From Paraphysomonas bandaiensis (taxonomy: Eukaryota; Protista; Chrysophyceae), in the NCBI GenBank assembly GCA_965644295.1, contig CBFFRP010000069.1:287240-351239 (forward strand): DNA of 64,000 nucleotides. The letters are read 5' to 3'. Every line of letters begins with the position of its first letter. The stretch's first letter is position 1. This document shows, piece by piece, positions 59,164-64,000 of this stretch. The notes beneath the pieces are model-generated. The model was not told the origin of the DNA and made no database searches. It was given only the letters and a program-made list of their open reading frames with translations. A program made the translations under genes and the position numbers.

Positions 59164-59394
59164 TGCCCCATTCTGAGTGCGTACTTAGGTAGATTCGGAT
59201 GGGGGCCGGTGGGTACCTAACTAATACTCGATTTAAGTCCCATATGTTATTTGCTAGCTACCTACTGAACCCAACTAGCTACATCATTATCACATGGTAT
59301 TCAGCGCTGAATATGCAGTGAGACCCCGGGTGGGGTAGTGCTGAACTAAGCAATGTGTACATAGATAGAGGTGAGCAATCGCAGCAGCACTCAG
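59164..59394 (+). repeat. Right copy of terminal direct repeat
   Basis: Matches 46262-46493. Confidence 0.95.
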
Positions 59395-61336
59395 TAACAG
59401 AAGTTGACATTATTTACTAAGGTTTACTATTCTCAACTGATAAGATGAAAATTATAAACATTACATGATAAAGAACCTAAGTTGTGTTCGATGTGTTCAA
59501 CACCATTCATTTACTACTATAGTGTACAAACCACACACTCAGTGATCGTATCCTGTATAGTCATCCACTTCTACTTCAGTTTCATACTACATAATATAAT
59601 GTACTAATTACATATATATCTTTCGATCCTTGCATCTCACATAATACTGCACTCAATTGCAAGTATATAGAATCTTCAGATCTCAACACTCCCCCTCAAT
59701 TGAGTGTTGTACTATGACGCCTCCCAGCTATTGAATGCCTGAGATAAAAAAATTCTTGACAGTAAAATAGACTCATCTCTAAGTCTAAACCTCTGTCTAA
59801 AAAACTCAGTACCTACTTGCGCCTTCTTTTATCCCTTGGTCCCTCATTAATCACTTCAGTGGAACTCTTAACTTTCTCTCCAAGATTTCTCTTTCTCTGC
59901 TCCATATATGATAAACCAACCAATGACTTTGTATAAATATCTGCTGCTTGTTGCGATGTATGCACATGCACTAACTTAATCGTATTGAACTGATTGGGAT
60001 CCACGTGCTCTCTCACCATGTGATACTTAATCTCAATGTGCTTCGACTTCTTGTGAAACACTGGGTTTTCGGCCAAATCCTGGGCACTCTGACTGTCGAT
60101 GAAGAATGGTGTGGGTTTGATGAGCCTCAACTTAATCTCACCCGTCACCCCCCGAACCCATAGCACTTCTTGGAGACCCGAGTAAATACACTGATACTCA
60201 GACTGCATGCTTGACGTTGCCACTGTCGTCTGCAGTTTGGACTGCCAGACTATAGGCCCTCCCGCTGCAAACCCAACGTACCCCGACGTGGACTTCCTGG
60301 AGAGCTGATCTCCCGCCCAATCCGCGTCAGTAAACATATGGAAGTCGAACCGTCTACTCCCATATTGAATCCCTTTGTCAATAGAACCACGAATATATTG
60401 CCATACATGTGTTAATAGCTTGCATACTTCAATATTCACCTTATTACTGAACCGAGACAGTACTCCCACTGCATAGGCAATATCCGGCCTCGTGTTCATC
60501 GATAGATATAGTAATGCACCTATCAGCGGCCGATATGGGAAGTTATCTACTATAAGCTGTTCCTCCTCGGTATGCTCATGCCGCGCCCCTTTTGCCACTA
60601 AATCCATTGCTTCCGCCGGTAGAGGACTCTTCCGTACCTTTCGCGGTGGCCCAAGATACTTTTCAAACTTTTCTAAGATCTTAGCCGCATATACTGATTG
60701 GTCAAGACGAATATACTCTGGCGTTCTTGTGACTCGAACATTCAGAAAATGTTCCATCTCGCCCATATCCTTCATATCAAACCGGGCACACAGTTGAGCT
60801 TTAATATCCTTCACTATGTTGACATCACGACCTAACACTAGGATATCATCCACATATATCGTTAATAATATCAATTCATCGCCCTTATACTGATAATACA
60901 AACACGGGTCTAATACACATGGTTTAAAATGCATAGATCGTATGAATTTATCCAATGTTTTCCACCACGACCGCGGGGAACTCCGAAGCCCGTATAACGA
61001 CTTCTTCAACTTAAAGCAGTACCCCTCAGGCAGCTGAAAGTCCGGAGTTGCCTTCATATATACATCCCCCTCTATATCTGCATATAGAAATGCGTTAGAC
61101 ACATCCAGTTGATGAATTACCATGTTCATCACGAAAGCTATGGCGATTAACAGTCGCACTGTTACCCCCTTAACAACGGGTGCGAAATGGTTCGCCCAAC
61201 CACTCGACTGCTGTCCACAACCGATTGCTACAAGACGAGCCTTATATCGGCGGACCTCTCCCTCCTTATCGTACTTTTTTCCATAGACGTACTTGGAGTG
61301 CAGTGGGACGACTCCGTCCGGTATACGAGTCACCTC
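59395..61336 (-). mobile_element. 3' part of a second copia element (RT-RNase H, PPT, truncated 3' LTR 59395-59688)
   Basis: On - strand: PPT ttgagggggag then TGTTGAG at 59688; RT ORF upstream; cut on both sides by other elements. Confidence 0.88.
59813..61336 (-). pseudogene. Copia RT-RNase H, 5'-truncated open frame
   Basis: YKARLVAIG, HQLDVSNAF, LYGLRSSPRSW, IYVDDIL, FTDADWAG, KHIEIKYH; related to the 16345-17919 protein. Confidence 0.92.
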
Positions 61337-62038
61337 TGTCACGCATACCTGTAGTTACTGTTATACGTGGAGTTATACGGTGTTATACTGCGGTACTCTA
61401 GGTAGCATGCTGTTGTACTTTCATTTTCAGTTTATTTAGTATACATTGCGGTTACTGTATTCTTGAAGGGATATAAGTCCCGTATATGTACAAGAATGAT
61501 ACTGTAAACTGTAGATGATTCACAGCAAGATAGAGTGTTGTATGATTTCACTTTTCTTTCTTTACACGTTTTAACGTAATTTAATTCATTCTATACTCGC
61601 GGTTTGCTTGTGTTAGGAGGCAGTTTCACCGGTTTGGTGTTCTGGACAGTGTATTCTCGGTTTGGGAAGCACTTTAAATTCATATAAAACGTTGTAAACA
61701 CGGTCTTTCTCATCAGAAAGATTACAGTATTAATACTTTAGTCGGATAGAAAGAAACATTGTTTATTTATATTATTGTCGACTATGAGTTCGGAAGAAGA
61801 GGTTTCAAAGATTATGGAGTTCCTTCAGCAGCGGTTTGCTGAACAAAATGAACAGTTTGCTGAACAAAAGCAGCGGTTTGCTGAACAACAAGAGCAGCTG
61901 AACAAGCGTTTTGAGTCCATCGATCTTCATTTCGAAATGTTCGAACAAAGATTGCAGCAGTTGGAGTCTCGACGTTCCTCAAGACGAGCGATTCCAGTTA
62001 ATTCAGATCTACTTCAGACCAGAACCGATGAGAACTGA
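61337..62038 (+). mobile_element. Putative LTR retroelement 5' end with coiled-coil gag-like ORF (61775-62038)
   Basis: Begins TGTCACGCA exactly where the copia RT frame is interrupted; similar to 45059-46261. Confidence 0.55.
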
Positions 62039-64000
62039 TACTCATCCTTGCTTGACCCTAGCCAATGACCACGACGATGCTGTAATGTATTCTTCCGTGA
62101 GCTTCTTGACATCACCCAGTAGGCTACCGAGGCCTCCCTCCTGGACAACCCCTACCTACTACCTACTACCAGTCAGGAGAGCCCCAGTACTCATCCCTTG
62201 CTTGACCCTAATGACCCAGAGGATGCTGTAATGTATTCTTCCGTGAGCTTCTTGACATCACCCAGTAGGCTACCGAGGCCTCCCTCCTGGACAACCCCTA
62301 CCTACTACCTACTACCAGTCAGGAGAGCCCCAGTACTCATCCCTTGCTTGACCCTAATGACCCAGAGGATGCTGTAATGTATTCTTCCGTGAGCTTCTTG
62401 ACATCACCCAGTAGGCTACCGAGGCCTCCCTCCTGGACAACCCCTACCTACTACCTACTACCAGTCAGGAGAGCCCCAGTACTCATCCCTTGCTTGACCC
62501 TAATGACCCAGAGGATGCTGTAATGTATTCTTCCGTGAGCTTCTTGACATCACCCAGTAGGCTACCGAGGCCTCCCTCCTGGACAACCCCTACCTACTAC
62601 CTACTACCAGTCAGGAGAGCCCCAGTACTCATCCCTTGCTTGTACCTAATGACCCAGAGGATGCTGTAATGTATTCTTCCGTGAGCTTCTTGACATCACC
62701 CAGTAGGCTACCGAGGCCTCCCTCCTGGACAACCCCTACCTACTACCTACTACCAGTCAGGAGAGCCCCAGTACTCATCCCTTGCTTGACCCTAATGACC
62801 CAGAGGATGCTGTAATGTATTCTTCCGTGAGCTTCTTGACATCACCCAGTAGGCTACCGAGGCCTCCCTCCTGGACAACCCCTACCTACTACCTACTACC
62901 AGTCAGGAGAGCCCCAGTACTCATCCCTTGCTTGACCCTAATGACCCAGAGGATGCTGTAATGTATTCTTCCGTGAGCTTCTTGACATCACCCAGTAGGC
63001 TACCGAGGCCTCCCTCCTGGACAACCCCTACCTACTACCTACTACCAGTCAGGAGAGCCCCAGTACTCATCCCTTGCTTGACCCTAATGACCCAGAGGAT
63101 GCTGTAATGTATTCTTCCGTGAGCTTCTTGACATCACCCAGTAGGCTACCGAGGCCTCCCTCCTGGACAACCCCTACCTACTACCTACTACCAGTCAGGA
63201 GAGCCCCAGTACTCATCCCTTGCTTGACCCTAATGACCCAGAGGATGCTGTAATGTATTCTTCCGTGAGCTTCTTGACATCACCCAGTAGGCTACCGAGG
63301 CCTCCCTCCTGGACAACCCCTACCTACTACCTACTACCAGTCAGGAGAGCCCCAGTACTCATCCCTTGCTTGACCCTAATGACCCAGAGGATGCTGTAAT
63401 GTATTCTTCCGTGAGCTTCTTGACATCACCCAGTAGGCTACCGAGGCCTCCCTCCTGGACAACCCCTACCTACTACCTACTACCAGTCAGGAGAGCCCCA
63501 GTACTCATCCCTTGCTTGACCCTAATGACCCAGAGGATGCTGTAATGTATTCTTCCGTGAGCTTCTTGACATCACCCAGTAGGCTACCGAGGCCTCCCTC
63601 CTGGACAACCCCTACCTACTACCTACTACCAGTCAGGAGAGCCCCAGTACTCATCCCTTGCTTGACCCTAATGACCCAGAGGATGCTGTAATGTATTCTT
63701 CCGTGAGCTTCTTGACATCACCCAGTAGGCTACCGAGGCCTCCCTCCTGGACAACCCCTACCTACTACCTACTACCAGTCAGGAGAGCCCCAGTACTCAT
63801 CCCTTGCTTGACCCTAATGACCCAGAGGATGCTGTAATGTATTCTTCCGTGAGCTTCTTGACATCACCCAGTAGGCTACCGAGGCCTCCCTCCTGGACAA
63901 CCCCTACCTACTACCTACTACCAGTCAGGAGAGCCCCAGTACTCATCCCTTGCTTGACCCTAATGACCCAGAGGATGCTGTAATGTATTCTTCCGTGAGC
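62039..64000. repeat. 146-bp tandem array, >13 near-identical copies, runs off window end
   Basis: ctcatcccttgcttgacc at 62190, 62336, 62482 and onwards. Confidence 0.98.

Larger units (their letters stand above)
46262..59394 (-). mobile_element. Endogenous Polinton-like virus / virophage-related element
   Basis: Compact intronless co-oriented genes: fibre-like, rve integrase, A32 ATPase, PLV-type tyrosine recombinase, SSB-like; bounded by direct repeats 46262-46493 / 59164-59394 and inverted repeats 46542-46555 / 59157-59170. Confidence 0.85.

Noticed and set aside
46262-59394. Interpretation as an LTR retrotransposon (TG..CA direct repeats, G-rich tract before the right copy)
   Set aside because: No gag, RT, PBS or TSD; the G tract is part of the 14-bp inverted repeat and the gene content is DNA-virus-like

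Overview
Eukaryotic genomic DNA with short GT-AG introns and AT-rich simple repeats. The TE and viral families suggest a protist such as a stramenopile (inference only). Host genes: an F-box/cyclin protein, a 4-TM + EF-hand protein, a WW-domain protein, EMC8/9, a divergent eIF5A with a 2.2-kb minisatellite in intron 1, a six-bromodomain protein and a membrane-anchored RBR E3 ligase. 4251-18392 is a Ty1/copia element with identical LTRs and a 5-bp TSD. It carries a complete chromodomain-type Ty3/gypsy element that has an atypical RT motif (IFDN), a single in-frame TGA between gag and pol, and a 218-bp flanking duplication. The main candidate for a new system is a ~13-kb Polinton-like-virus/virophage-related element (46262-59394). 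It encodes a fibre-like protein, an intact rve integrase, a broken A32 packaging ATPase, a broken tyrosine recombinase and NCLDV-type SSB-like genes, with no recognisable capsid or polymerase gene. It has 14-bp TG...CA inverted ends combined with a 232-bp terminal direct repeat, five copies of a palindromic 160-175-bp module, and an intact Crypton inserted into it. The window also has a hAT MITE, a fold-back copia fragment, further copia/gypsy-type remnants and a 146-bp tandem array that runs off the end. All assignments are from motif recognition by eye; no database searches were run.
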